Shown here: piece after piece, positions 8,384 to 18,107 of the stretch
Layout: each line of letters opens with the position of its first letter
Numbering within the stretch: position 1 is the first letter of the stretch
DNA from: Blastocatellia bacterium
Lineage (GTDB): Bacteria; Acidobacteriota; Blastocatellia; UBA7656
Direction of reading: 5' to 3'
NCBI GenBank assembly: GCA_046565505.1
Contig: JBKHYJ010000061.1
Span: 26,552 to 90,551, forward strand
DNA length: 64,000 nucleotides
The notes under the pieces: model-generated
What the model was told of the DNA's origin: nothing
What the model saw: only the letters and a program-made list of their open reading frames with translations
Databases searched by the model: none
Translations under genes and position numbers: made by a program

Positions 8384-10756
8384 ATGCAGGAAAAGAGAAG
8401 TATCTCACTCCCGTTAAAATCACAGGCCGGCACAAGCCGGCTGCGAGTTCTGTCTTGCCTGTCGCTTTTGTTTGCCCTCACGCTCGGGGATGTCGGGTAT
8501 GCTTACTCGCTAGCCGACAGAGCGCATAACTCAAAAGTTAAGGCGGGCCGGGCGAAGCAATCACATCGGTCGCCTTCACGCAGCCTGCACGGCATAGTCA
8601 CAATGGCCCCGTCGCGGCCGGGCAGAACGAAGGCTGAAGGTGATGATCTAAACGAATCATTCAAACCCTGGAGAGGAAAAATTTCGTTCGAGGAGGCCCA
8701 GAGCGTTAGCCCGCAAACCGAGGCGCAGCCTGACAGGTCTTTTACCGTCAACCTATCCGAGCTGGCAGGCAAGAAAGAGGGCATCCGGGAGGCGAGAATT
8801 GTCCCGGCCCCTATGCCCCTTTCAGATGCGCCGGGAAAGATAGATGAAGCACGCAAGCTTGACAGCACCCCGCCCGATGAGGCGCAGCCCCCATTGACCC
8901 CCCGCCCGCCGCCGGGCAAGGAGAATTTCGACCCCCAGGCCGATTATGGCCTGGCGGTGGCTCCTACACAGGTGATTCGCGCAATAGACTCTGATGGGTT
9001 TATCCCGCCCGATACTCAGGGCGCCGTCGGCCCTAACCACCTGCTTTCCGCCGCCAACGGTACGGTGCTGGCTCAGACGAGGTCGGGGGCCATCCTTCAC
9101 GCCGTCTCGCTACAGCAATTCGTCGGCGAAACGGATGCTTTCGACCCCCGCGTAGTGTACGACCGGTATAACAATAAGTGGGTATTGGTCGCGGTCGCGC
9201 GCCGCCGCTCGGCGGAGGCCAGGATAATGTTTTGCTGGTCACAAACGAGCGACCCGACAGGGAATTGGGAGGTACGCTTTTACGACGTGGATTCAGCTAA
9301 TCAGGTGTGGGCGGACTTCCCGCGCGTCGGGATCACTCAGGACAGGGTCATCGTAACGTGGAGCGCCGTGCCTATCTCTGGCAGCAACTCCAGCCAGCGT
9401 ATCTGGGTGTGGGATAGCCCCGGCGTCTATTCACAATCAGACCTAACTGCGAAAGGGTGGACGGACCAATCTGGTGCCTACCTCGTGCCGGCATACTCGC
9501 AAGATGCTACACCCGACATATGGATAGTGTGCAAGTGGAACCCTAATTTTGAAGGCGGCGGCTACCTCCGCATAGGTAAGATCACCGGGCCTTTCAACAA
9601 TATGACGTATACCGACAAGGTTTCTTTCGCCCGATCTTTCACCTGGAATCCCATAGATGGCCGCCTTAATTTAGCCCCGCAACTGGGCTCGGCCGCCAGG
9701 ATTAATATTGGCGATGACAATGTGGCGAGCGTGGTATACCGGGGCGGCCAGCTGTGGTGCGCGCAGGCCGTGCTATCGACGAGCAGTCCTTCCACAAGCG
9801 GCGTATACTTCTGGCAGATATCTCCCGCCACGGGCGCCGTCGTGACTTCGCGCATCATCTATGGCCCTGAATACTGGCAATCGCACCCGAGTATAGCCGT
9901 TAACCGCAACAATGACGTGCTCATAGGCGCGTCATATTTCACGGCGGACAGGTACGCTTCGGCGGTTTACTGGTACAAGGCGGCGGGGGGTGACTTTGAA
10001 GGGCAGATATTCGTGGGCGGGGAGGGCGGTTACGTGAACCTCGACAACCTGTCCCGCAACCGCTGGGGCGATTACAGCTCGACGCTCGTCGACCCTAACG
10101 ACGACACTTCGTTTTGGACAATCCAGCAGTATGCACAGGCGGCAAGCTTCCAATCGAAATGGGGGACCGCCTGGGCAAAGGTGGGAGGCTCGCGCGAGGA
10201 CGGAGGGGGGCTCGCGCCGGGCGCGCCCTCCAATCTTGTGGTGACGGATATAAACACCAATGACCTTGTGCTCAGATGGACGGATAACAGCAACAACGAG
10301 TCTGGTTTCAGGCTGGAAACGCTCGACGGCACTTCCTGGCGCGAATTCGGCACCACCAGTGCGAACGTGATGGCTGTAAGGGTCACAGGGCTTACAGCCG
10401 ACACGTCATACAGATTCCGCATAAGAGCCTACAACGCTGCCGGCCCTTCGGCGTACTCAAATGAGGCCTCGGCTAGAACGTCGCTTGGTCTCTCCGCCCC
10501 GGTCGGCTTGCGCGCCACAAAGATTAAGAAGAAGGCGATAAGCATCGCATGGCAAGACACGGCGTCAAACGAAACCAGGTATGAGGTGCTCCAGCGTGTG
10601 GGGGCGGCATTCTCGGTGATCGGGTCTCTGGGCGCGAACGCGAGCGCGGCGAAGGTAACCGGACTACAACGCCAGACTATTTATACTTTTGCCGTGAGGG
10701 CTTGTAACAGCGGCGGGTGTTCTAGCCAGTCAGAGGTTACTGCCGTAACCCGGTAA
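8384..10756 (+). CDS. Secreted protein of unknown function with two C-terminal fibronectin type III domains
   Basis: Signal-like N-terminus (LRVLSCLSLLFALTLG). Two FN3-like modules of about 90 aa (LVLRWTDNSNNESGFRLE...YRFRIRAYNAAGPS and ISIAWQDTASNETRYEVL...YTFAVRACNSGG). Noticeably lower GC and rarer codons (AGA, ATA) than the neighbouring genes. GGAGG lies 7 nt upstream of the ATG. Confidence 0.6.
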   Translation: MQEKRSISLPLKSQAGTSRLRVLSCLSLLFALTLGDVGYAYSLADRAHNSKVKAGRAKQSHRSPSRSLHGIVTMAPSRPGRTKAEGDDLNESFKPWRGKISFEEAQSVSPQTEAQPDRSFTVNLSELAGKKEGIREARIVPAPMPLSDAPGKIDEARKLDSTPPDEAQPPLTPRPPPGKENFDPQADYGLAVAPTQVIRAIDSDGFIPPDTQGAVGPNHLLSAANGTVLAQTRSGAILHAVSLQQFVGETDAFDPRVVYDRYNNKWVLVAVARRRSAEARIMFCWSQTSDPTGNWEVRFYDVDSANQVWADFPRVGITQDRVIVTWSAVPISGSNSSQRIWVWDSPGVYSQSDLTAKGWTDQSGAYLVPAYSQDATPDIWIVCKWNPNFEGGGYLRIGKITGPFNNMTYTDKVSFARSFTWNPIDGRLNLAPQLGSAARINIGDDNVASVVYRGGQLWCAQAVLSTSSPSTSGVYFWQISPATGAVVTSRIIYGPEYWQSHPSIAVNRNNDVLIGASYFTADRYASAVYWYKAAGGDFEGQIFVGGEGGYVNLDNLSRNRWGDYSSTLVDPNDDTSFWTIQQYAQAASFQSKWGTAWAKVGGSREDGGGLAPGAPSNLVVTDINTNDLVLRWTDNSNNESGFRLETLDGTSWREFGTTSANVMAVRVTGLTADTSYRFRIRAYNAAGPSAYSNEASARTSLGLSAPVGLRATKIKKKAISIAWQDTASNETRYEVLQRVGAAFSVIGSLGANASAAKVTGLQRQTIYTFAVRACNSGGCSSQSEVTAVTR

Positions 10757-10808
10757 ATCGGTTTGCCGGATTACAGGCCCCCTCAGGGACGCTTCATTGA
10801 GCAGTATT

Positions 10809-10836
10809 GAAAGGCGGGCGCTCTTGCCCGCCTTTC
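10809..10836 (+). terminator. Stem-loop terminator after the FN3 protein gene
   Basis: Perfect 11-bp stem GAAAGGCGGGC / GCCCGCCTTTC with loop GCTCTT, followed by the short T-containing stretch CGATTT. Confidence 0.5.
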
Positions 10837-10846
10837 GATTTACCCT

Positions 10847-10865
10847 CCACTGATTACTGCAGTGG
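10847..10865 (+). promoter_or_regulatory. Palindrome CCACTG-N7-CAGTGG upstream of folA; possible operator
   Basis: Perfect 6-bp arms. The half-motifs ATTACTGC (10888) and GCAGTGG (10912) recur about 40 bp downstream. Confidence 0.25.
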
Positions 10866-11103
10866 TATTAAGGTCTTAAATTATGGATTACTGCTGACGA
10901 ATTCATTTATTATTGCAGTGGGTTCGGGTTGAGAGAAAGGAAAGACCGTGAATGCGTAATAGTTTTTTCAAGCGCCGGCGGGAGGCGGTGTGCCTGAGTG
11001 ACGCCGCGCGAAAGAACCCAGGCTTTTTTCGCGGCCCCGTAAGACCGCCCTGTGGCGCTCAAGGGTACGAAGCCCGCCCGCGCATTCACGCCGAGGTGGA
11101 GGT

Positions 11104-11652
11104 GTGATTATATCTCTGCTCGTGGCAATGGATGAGAAGGGCGGGATCGGCAAGGACAATCATTTGCCCTGGCGGTTGTCTACGGACTTGAAAAGATTTC
11201 GGGAATTAACCCTGGGGCACCACATCCTCGTGGGGAGGAAAACTTTTCAGTCCATAGGCAGGCCCCTGCCCGGGAGGCAGACTGTCGTCGTCACTCGCGA
11301 CGAAGGCTTCCGCCCCGAAGGGTGTCTTGTGGCCCGCTCAGTCGAAGATGGCATACGGCTGGCGCGGGAGCGCGGGGAAAGCGAACTCTTCATTTGCGGG
11401 GGCGCGGAAATCTACGCCGGCTCATTGCGCGCGGCGGACCGGATGTACATGACTCTCGTCCACGCGACGGTTGATGCCGATACTTTCTTCCCCGAGTGGG
11501 AGAGCGGTGAATGGGTAGAGCAGGAGGTAGCGCGTCACGAAGCGGACGCCAAGAATGAATTCCCATTCAGTTTCAAAGTGCTCACTAGGAAAGTCGCCGG
11601 CCGCGGGGCGCATAGAGAAGACGCGAACCTCCGAACAGGCTCCGAGAGCTGA
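11104..11652 (+). CDS. folA: Dihydrofolate reductase
   Basis: GTG start after GAGGTGGAGG. DHFR signature MIISLLVAMDEKGGIGKDNHLPWRLSTDLKRFRELT...HILVGRKTF. 182 aa. Confidence 0.9.
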   Translation: MIISLLVAMDEKGGIGKDNHLPWRLSTDLKRFRELTLGHHILVGRKTFQSIGRPLPGRQTVVVTRDEGFRPEGCLVARSVEDGIRLARERGESELFICGGAEIYAGSLRAADRMYMTLVHATVDADTFFPEWESGEWVEQEVARHEADAKNEFPFSFKVLTRKVAGRGAHREDANLRTGSES

Positions 11653-11703
11653 TTCCGGGAGTCGGGCGTCGTCGCCCGATGGCAGGCATTCGCTTCCAGG
11701 AAT

Positions 11704-12180
11704 GTGCGGATTGATACTACCGATATGGTTGAGCTGAAAATCAAGATGCTTGACGAGAGCTTGCCGACGCCGCGCTATCAGCACGAAGGCGACGCGGGCC
11801 TAGACCTGCCGAGCCGCGTGGATTTCGTGCTGGAGCCGGGCGAGCGGGCTACCATACCGACGGGGGTGGCCGTGGCGATACCTCGCGGGTACGCGGGATT
11901 CGTGCTGGTCCGAAGCGGGCTGGCTTCGCGACATGGCATATCCTGTGTGAACTCGCCCGGACTGATCGACGCAGGTTATCGCGGCGAGATAGCCGTGATA
12001 ATGATCAACACGGATAAGCGCGAGCCGCTTCACATCAGGCGGGGCGACCGCATCGCGCAGCTAGTCGTTCAGAAGGTGGAAGAAGCCACTCTAATCAGAG
12101 TTGACGAGTTGGATGAAACGGCGCGCGGGGCGGGCGGCTTCGGCAGCACGGGGAGGGCGGGCGGCCCGACGCGCGAGTGA
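11704..12180 (+). CDS. dut: dUTP diphosphatase (dUTPase)
   Basis: Motifs AGLDLPS, PTGVAVAIPRGYAGFV, RSGLASRHGI and GLIDAGYRGEIAVIMIN are dUTPase motifs I-IV. The start may instead be the ATG at 11725. Confidence 0.9.
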   Translation: MRIDTTDMVELKIKMLDESLPTPRYQHEGDAGLDLPSRVDFVLEPGERATIPTGVAVAIPRGYAGFVLVRSGLASRHGISCVNSPGLIDAGYRGEIAVIMINTDKREPLHIRRGDRIAQLVVQKVEEATLIRVDELDETARGAGGFGSTGRAGGPTRE

Positions 12181-12417
12181 GCGCGGAGCCATTATTCGCC
12201 GTGCGGCGCGGCCGGAACGACCGGAACACGGGCGGGCGCCGGAAGGAGAAATTTATCAACGTTTACGCGACTTTCGGCGCAAAACCCGCAAGAATCTTTA
12301 TTTCCTGAAGCTACCAAAATGTGAAATGCAGTTGACATTTCTGCTTGCCCGGACTGTTGCCGCTGGTAAACTGATACTGTATTCTTACACCAGCAGTTGA
12401 AAATAAGCGAGCAAACC

Positions 12418-13437
12418 ATGCACGATCTAATAATAGTAGGTGGCGGCCCGGCGGGCCTGTCGGCAGCCCTGTACGCAAAGCGGCGCGGACTCGATTATCT
12501 TGTGCTGGAGCGGGGCGCGATTGCCGACACGATCTATCATTACCCGATAGCCAGGCGCCTGTTTTCGACGTCGAATGAGGTGGAGCTTGAGCAAAGCGCT
12601 TTGCCGCGCGGCGCTAAGCCGACCCGTGAAGAAGTGCTCGCACACTACACTAAGCTCCTCAGGCGAGAGCAGGTCGCCATTAATACTGGTGAAGACGTGC
12701 GGCGGGTGGCTCGTACGGGACGGAGTTTCCTGGTCGAGACGAATGAGGGCAGGTACGAGGGCCGCACGGTGTTGTTAGCCATTGGCGGATTCGGGATTCA
12801 GCGGAAGCTCGGCGTCGCGGGCGAATCGGAATCGCGAGTCTCTTATCAATTCGTAGAGGCGCATCCCTACGCCATGAAGCGCGTGCTGGTCGTAGGCGGC
12901 GGCAACTCCGCCGCCGAAGCGGCATTGTACCTTTCAGAAGCGGGGGCCGGCGTCACGCTTTCAATTCGCCGCCGGTCGCTCGACCAGATGGTTGATTATG
13001 ACAACATAGGCACGGCGGCGTCCAAGACAGCCGCTAAAATTAAGCCGTGGGTGCGCGAGCCACTTGAACGCGCGGTGGCAGAAGGGTTGATTGATATAAT
13101 TCTAGCTTCGGAGGTGGCGGAGATTCGGCCCCGTAGCGTGCTTCTGCGCGTCATGAGCGGCGAGGGGGCGGAAATAATAGAGATCGAATGCCATCACGTT
13201 TTCGCCCTGATAGGCGCGGACCCTGATTTGCGCCTGCTACAGCAGGCGGGGGCCGAGATCGCTGCCGATGGCCGCCCGGTTTACACGCGCGAGTTCGAGA
13301 CCACCGTGCCAGGCCTTTACGTGGCCGGGCACCTCACGCGCGAGCTGCACATGAAAAACGCTATAGAGACCGGGCGGAAAGTTGTAGATCATATCGCGTC
13401 CAGAGTATTTGAAGAGAGCCTGACTTGTAACGTGTGA
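12418..13437 (+). CDS. FAD/NAD(P)-binding pyridine-nucleotide-disulfide oxidoreductase (thioredoxin-reductase-like, YpdA-type)
   Basis: GxGxxG Rossmann motif HDLIIVGGGPAGLSAALYA and a second dinucleotide motif RVLVVGGGNSAAEAA. The ORF-track start at 12397 is TTG. ATG at 12418 preferred. Confidence 0.7.
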   Translation: MHDLIIVGGGPAGLSAALYAKRRGLDYLVLERGAIADTIYHYPIARRLFSTSNEVELEQSALPRGAKPTREEVLAHYTKLLRREQVAINTGEDVRRVARTGRSFLVETNEGRYEGRTVLLAIGGFGIQRKLGVAGESESRVSYQFVEAHPYAMKRVLVVGGGNSAAEAALYLSEAGAGVTLSIRRRSLDQMVDYDNIGTAASKTAAKIKPWVREPLERAVAEGLIDIILASEVAEIRPRSVLLRVMSGEGAEIIEIECHHVFALIGADPDLRLLQQAGAEIAADGRPVYTREFETTVPGLYVAGHLTRELHMKNAIETGRKVVDHIASRVFEESLTCNV

Positions 13438-13488
13438 GCGGCGCTTTCACGCCCGCCGCCCTCAGACATTTTAACTGGTAATCACGGG

Positions 13489-15366
13489 ATGTTTTTAGAC
13501 GATTACGACCCCGGACGTGAAGAGGACGTCGAACGCGGCGCGGCCGACCGAGCCGTTGCCGTTGAAGACAACTCCCCGTCGCGTGAGGCCGCCGACGCGC
13601 ATGTCTCTTCAGATTTACAGGAGGGCGCCGGCGCGCGGGCGAGGACTGCCGTAAGAAAATCCGTTGTCACGGGTTTAAGGGCCGGCCCGAAGGCTACACC
13701 CGCGCGCGGCGCCGGCCGCGCCGCGGGCCGCCGACTCGGGACCCGATGGTGGTTGATCGCCGCAGGCTCTGCCCTGCTGCTCACGATCCTTACGACGGCC
13801 GGCGTGTACCTGCTGACTAAGAAGCCTTCGACCGTTGACCAGCTTGTAATACTGACCGTGCCATCGGGCGCGGAGATAAGTCTCGACGCTAAAAACTATG
13901 GGCATTCGCCCGTGAAACTGGAACAGCTCGCCATCGGCACGTACACGCTGACGATCAGCAAGGAGGGGTTCGAGCCCGTCGTTCAGGAGATCAACGTCGT
14001 CGAATCCGTGCCGCTCGAATTCAGGCTGAAGCCCATACCGCCATCCGACAGTTTCGGCCTGTCCCCGGAGGAGGCGGTCAAGCAATACCAGTTGCAATCC
14101 GAGGAGGCTTTCGCGCGCGGGAATTACATGCTCGGCTATGAGGGCACGGCCCTTTACTACGCCGATTTAATCCCGACTTACGACCCCTCAAATCAATTCG
14201 CGTTAGAGATGCGCGAGCGCATCAGGAAGGCCGAGCACCAATTAGCCAGGGAGGCTATCGCCCGCGGCGACCTGGGGCAGGCGCAAGAGATTTATAACTC
14301 GCTCATCGAGAATTACCCGAAAGACGAAGAGGCGCGGGCGGCGGCCTCTAAACTGGAAAATCAACTGGCGTTGCGCCGCGGCGAGGTGCGCGACCTCGTG
14401 CGCAAGGCGGAGGAAGCCCTGCAAGCCGGCAACCTCATCGAGCCTTCGCGGACGAGCGCCTACTACTACTCGAAGCAGGCGCTCGCCATCGACAGGCTGA
14501 ACGCGCAGGCGCGGGCCGTGCGGGATCAGGTGAAGAAGAAGCGCGCGGAAATGAGCGAGCAGGCGTTCGGGCGCGGCGATGTCGAGGCCGCGATCAAGCA
14601 GATGGAGCAGACCATCCAGCTCTTCCCCGACGACAAGCAGTTGCGCGGGCGGCTGCGCGAATTCATGGCTAACCAGAACACCGAAATATCTAAAGCGAGC
14701 GACTCGAATACGCGCCGCGAGCAGGGGCTTTATAAATACCGCCACGATGATTTCGACGAGGCGATTCCAGACCTCGAATCCGCGATACTCAACGGGCGCG
14801 GCACGCCCGACGTCATATTCGCGCTCGCCCGCTCATATATGAAGATCGGCCAGCTCGACAAGGCCGCGAATTACTTTAATAAAGTGACGCCGTCCGGCGA
14901 CGACTTATACCGCTCTTCAATCGCCGCGCTGGGCGACATAGCCAGGGAGCACGGCGATACGGCCGCGGCGCTCGACAGGTACAAAGAGGCGCGCCAGCTC
15001 GGCGGCAGCACCCTGTATTCGATAGCGACTCTCGACGACAAGATAGAGAAGATAGAAAAGAAACAGCGCGAGAAGGCCGCCGAACCGGTCCCGCTGGTGA
15101 TCCGGGCCAAGCACATGCACGGCGGGGTGTTCGGCGGCTCGTGCGGCGGCACGCTATCAATCAACTCGACGGGCGTGCGTTACGACGGGAGCGAACACGT
15201 TTTCTCGTCCAACCTCGTCGGCGTCGGAGTCCGCATGACGAAGGACGAGTTGATCGTGAAGTTTCAAGATAAGCCCGAAAAATTCAAGGCCGCGAGGGCG
15301 GACGCGGAGCGGTTCAGCGAGACCCTCTCACGCTTCCAGCAGGCGTATTCGCCGATAAACAAGTAA
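13489..15366 (+). CDS. Membrane-anchored PEGA-domain protein with C-terminal TPR-like repeats
   Basis: Pro/Ala/Arg-rich N-terminal region, one TM helix (WWLIAAGSALLLTILTTAGVYLL), a PEGA-like segment (LTVPSGAEISLDAKNYGHSPVKLEQLAIGTYTLTISKEGFEP), then helical repeat content. Confidence 0.6.
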   Translation: MFLDDYDPGREEDVERGAADRAVAVEDNSPSREAADAHVSSDLQEGAGARARTAVRKSVVTGLRAGPKATPARGAGRAAGRRLGTRWWLIAAGSALLLTILTTAGVYLLTKKPSTVDQLVILTVPSGAEISLDAKNYGHSPVKLEQLAIGTYTLTISKEGFEPVVQEINVVESVPLEFRLKPIPPSDSFGLSPEEAVKQYQLQSEEAFARGNYMLGYEGTALYYADLIPTYDPSNQFALEMRERIRKAEHQLAREAIARGDLGQAQEIYNSLIENYPKDEEARAAASKLENQLALRRGEVRDLVRKAEEALQAGNLIEPSRTSAYYYSKQALAIDRLNAQARAVRDQVKKKRAEMSEQAFGRGDVEAAIKQMEQTIQLFPDDKQLRGRLREFMANQNTEISKASDSNTRREQGLYKYRHDDFDEAIPDLESAILNGRGTPDVIFALARSYMKIGQLDKAANYFNKVTPSGDDLYRSSIAALGDIAREHGDTAAALDRYKEARQLGGSTLYSIATLDDKIEKIEKKQREKAAEPVPLVIRAKHMHGGVFGGSCGGTLSINSTGVRYDGSEHVFSSNLVGVGVRMTKDELIVKFQDKPEKFKAARADAERFSETLSRFQQAYSPINK

Positions 15367-15611
15367 ATCGCCGCCGCCTACCTGCGCGGGGAATTGACCG
15401 CCCGAATTTTTGATGTATAGTCGCTCATGTCACCGATCCGAAGGTGACGAACGAGCGAAATCGAAGCAAGCGCTCAAGCTTCCTTTAAGTAAAAAGAAGC
15501 GCCCTCGAATGAAAGCTCGCCGCGCCGCGACCTGGAAGGCATTAACGGCCTGTGACCGGGCCGCGCGCCAGTCAGTCGCGCCCGCCTTGAGCAACACGCG
15601 CCCCAGGTCAT

Positions 15612-16904
15612 CTACTGGCCGGCGTGCTCTGAGATGAGGCGAGACATTTCTTCGCTCGCTTCGGCGGGGAAACACACCCTGTCGATGCGGTAGCCGCGCA
15701 TCCCCCGCACGACTTCCGACACTTCGCTGATCTCGCGTATCGCAGAGTGGGGGCCGCCCGTCTCGATGTAGATCAGACTCTTTGGGTCGCCCACCACGGG
15801 CGAGTAGTAGCCGTAATAAGGGATGTCCGAGGCGCGGTCCATGATGAGATAATAACGCGGGTCGAAGCCCGCGCGGCGGATCACTTCCTGCGCGCTCGCC
15901 AGAAAACTCTCGGCCCCGCCGGCCCCCAGGTCCAGGTCCGCCGCCTTGAACAGCCTTCTGTGTATGAAACGCGACGCGAGGTCTGAAAGCAGGGCGTCTT
16001 TGTCGCGAGACCACTGCTTCAGGTGGAACGTCAGGTCGGCGTCGTCGAGCTGGAGGTATTCGCCCGTGCTCACTTCCTCGCCCATCAACATCTTCTCGAA
16101 CGCAGACCCCCGCAGGCGAAACTCCAACTCGTCCCGCTCGATTAATTCGCGCGCGCGCTTGAGCGTAGACACCAGCACCGCCTCCGCGGACCTCAGCGTG
16201 CGGTGGAAGTAGACCTGCCTGAACATGTAGTAGCGCGCCTGAAGGTACTCTTCTATCGCGTAAAGCCCTTTGGACTCCACGTACACGCGGTCCGAACGCT
16301 CGTCGATCTTCAGCGCGTGCAACACCCACTCCGAATCGTATATCCCGTACTTCGCCCCCGTCATCAGGCTGTCGCGCAGCAAGTAATCCATGCGGTCGCA
16401 GTCCAGCTGTGACGAGACGAGCTGCGAAATGAAGGCGGGCGAGTAGTCGTGCCTGTAGAGCGAAGCGAGCTTCGCGGGGAGTCGTTCGTCGTAGTCGCGC
16501 AGGATGCGGTAGACCTCGGTGCCTTCGTCCAACACTATGCGGCGCGTCCAGTCTTCATGGTGGAACCGGAACACCTTCTCTATGACGTGCGAGAACGGGC
16601 CATGCCCCAGGTCGTGTAGCAGCGCGCCCGCCCTGCCGACCGCGCGCGCCTCTTCGCTGATCGTGTGATGAGCGCCCAGCAGATTCAGCGTGCGAGTCAT
16701 CAGGTGCATCACCCCTATGGAGTGCGTGAACCTGCTGTGCTCCGCGCCCTGGTAGGTGAACATGGCGATCCCGAGCTGCTTTATGCGGCGCAGCCTCTGG
16801 AACTCGGACGAGTCTATCAGCCCGACTATCAGCCTGTCGTCGGGCAGCGACTCGTCTAATGAGATGATGTTATGGAGAGGGTCGCGGTAATTTCGTTGAG
16901 CCAA
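15612..16904 (-). CDS. HD-domain dNTP triphosphohydrolase (dGTPase-like)
   Basis: RDPLHNII near the N-terminus, [22 protein letters not shown] and [10 protein letters not shown]. These are diagnostic of the Dgt/EF1143/SAMHD1-like HD hydrolase family. TTG start. Confidence 0.8.
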   Translation of the reverse strand: MAQRNYRDPLHNIISLDESLPDDRLIVGLIDSSEFQRLRRIKQLGIAMFTYQGAEHSRFTHSIGVMHLMTRTLNLLGAHHTISEEARAVGRAGALLHDLGHGPFSHVIEKVFRFHHEDWTRRIVLDEGTEVYRILRDYDERLPAKLASLYRHDYSPAFISQLVSSQLDCDRMDYLLRDSLMTGAKYGIYDSEWVLHALKIDERSDRVYVESKGLYAIEEYLQARYYMFRQVYFHRTLRSAEAVLVSTLKRARELIERDELEFRLRGSAFEKMLMGEEVSTGEYLQLDDADLTFHLKQWSRDKDALLSDLASRFIHRRLFKAADLDLGAGGAESFLASAQEVIRRAGFDPRYYLIMDRASDIPYYGYYSPVVGDPKSLIYIETGGPHSAIREISEVSEVVRGMRGYRIDRVCFPAEASEEMSRLISEHAGQ

Positions 16905-17014
16905 CGTCAGCCCCTGCCGAGTTACGGTTGTTCAGTCACCTGGATATTATCATGTCCCGAACGGCAGGGGCGCCCGGCGGCGGCCCGCCCCGAGTCGAGG
17001 TCAACGGGAGCGGC

Positions 17015-17914
17015 TCAGCGCCGGTTCTGGCTCGAAAGGCCCTGATAAAGGGTCTGTATCCAGACGGGAGTTTTGATGAAGCCCGTGCCCCAGCTATTCC
17101 ACTTCTCGGGCAGCCCTTCGGCTTTGATCTGGTCCAGGCTTTTGCCCGCCTTCATCCGCTCGCGGACTATGCCCGTCGTTTCCACGAGCATCCGGTGGAA
17201 GTTTTTCAGGTCGGCGACGCTCGCCAGCGGGCCGTGGCCCGGGATGATCTTCGCGTCGGCGGGTATCTTCGCGATGACCGACTCGACGTTCCGTGCGTAG
17301 CCTTCAACGTCCCCGCCGCTCGCGAGGTCGATGAATGGGAACATGCCGTTAAAGAAGTCGTCGCCCATGTGGACCACGTTCGAGCGCGTGAAGAAGATCA
17401 CGCTGTCGCCGTCCGTGTGACCGTGCGGGTAGTGAAGCACGCGAATCTCTTCGCCGTTGAAATGGACCGATAGCGACTGGTCGAACGTGATGACCGGCAG
17501 CGCCTCTTTCGGGGACGCGGGCGTCTCCCTGCCCTCGGCCTTCAGCTCACCCGCGAGCCTCTTGCGCACGTTGTCGTGTGCGATGATGGGCGCTTCGGGG
17601 CCGAACTCCTTATTGCCGCCCGTGTGGTCGCCGTGCCAGTGCGTGTTGAGCACGTACTTCAGTTTGCCCTCGCCGAGCTTCTTGAGCGCGGCGCGGATCT
17701 TATCCGCGAGCGGCGCGAATTGATCGTCAACTATTAGTATTCCGTCGGCCCCGACCGAAACTCCTATGTTGCCCCCGGAGCCTTCGAGCATGTGGATGTT
17801 GCCCGCGACGTGAGTCGCTTTAATCTCCACTTTGGAGAGGTCCTGTTGGGCCCGCGCCCCGGCTGCTTGCAGGCAGAGCAGGGTCGAGAATGCGAACAGC
17901 AAGAAACGTTTCAT
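17015..17914 (-). CDS. Secreted metallo-beta-lactamase-fold hydrolase
   Basis: Signal peptide MKRFLLFAFSTLLCLQAAGARAQQ with AGGAGG 7 nt upstream of the ATG at 17914. HWHGDHTGG (HxHxDH zinc motif). Confidence 0.8.
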   Translation of the reverse strand: MKRFLLFAFSTLLCLQAAGARAQQDLSKVEIKATHVAGNIHMLEGSGGNIGVSVGADGILIVDDQFAPLADKIRAALKKLGEGKLKYVLNTHWHGDHTGGNKEFGPEAPIIAHDNVRKRLAGELKAEGRETPASPKEALPVITFDQSLSVHFNGEEIRVLHYPHGHTDGDSVIFFTRSNVVHMGDDFFNGMFPFIDLASGGDVEGYARNVESVIAKIPADAKIIPGHGPLASVADLKNFHRMLVETTGIVRERMKAGKSLDQIKAEGLPEKWNSWGTGFIKTPVWIQTLYQGLSSQNRR

Positions 17915-18107
17915 CTGTCGGCCTCCTGTCAGTAGTCGGCGGTGATCCCGCACCCGACACACTATAACGCATCGGGCGCCGCATCTCGAACGCCGGCAGT
18001 GCTCGAATTAATCAATGACGATATCATCCAAATCATCTGCCCGGCCTCGGGCGACCGCGGTGGCGCTGAGAGCCTGGGCGCTCCGGGCCGGGGGCGGATA
18101 GCACCGG

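Noticed and set aside
12101-12400. 99-codon ORF overlapping the 3' end of dut and the downstream intergenic region
   Set aside because: Arg/Ala low-complexity translation. It overlaps a well-supported gene and has no RBS.
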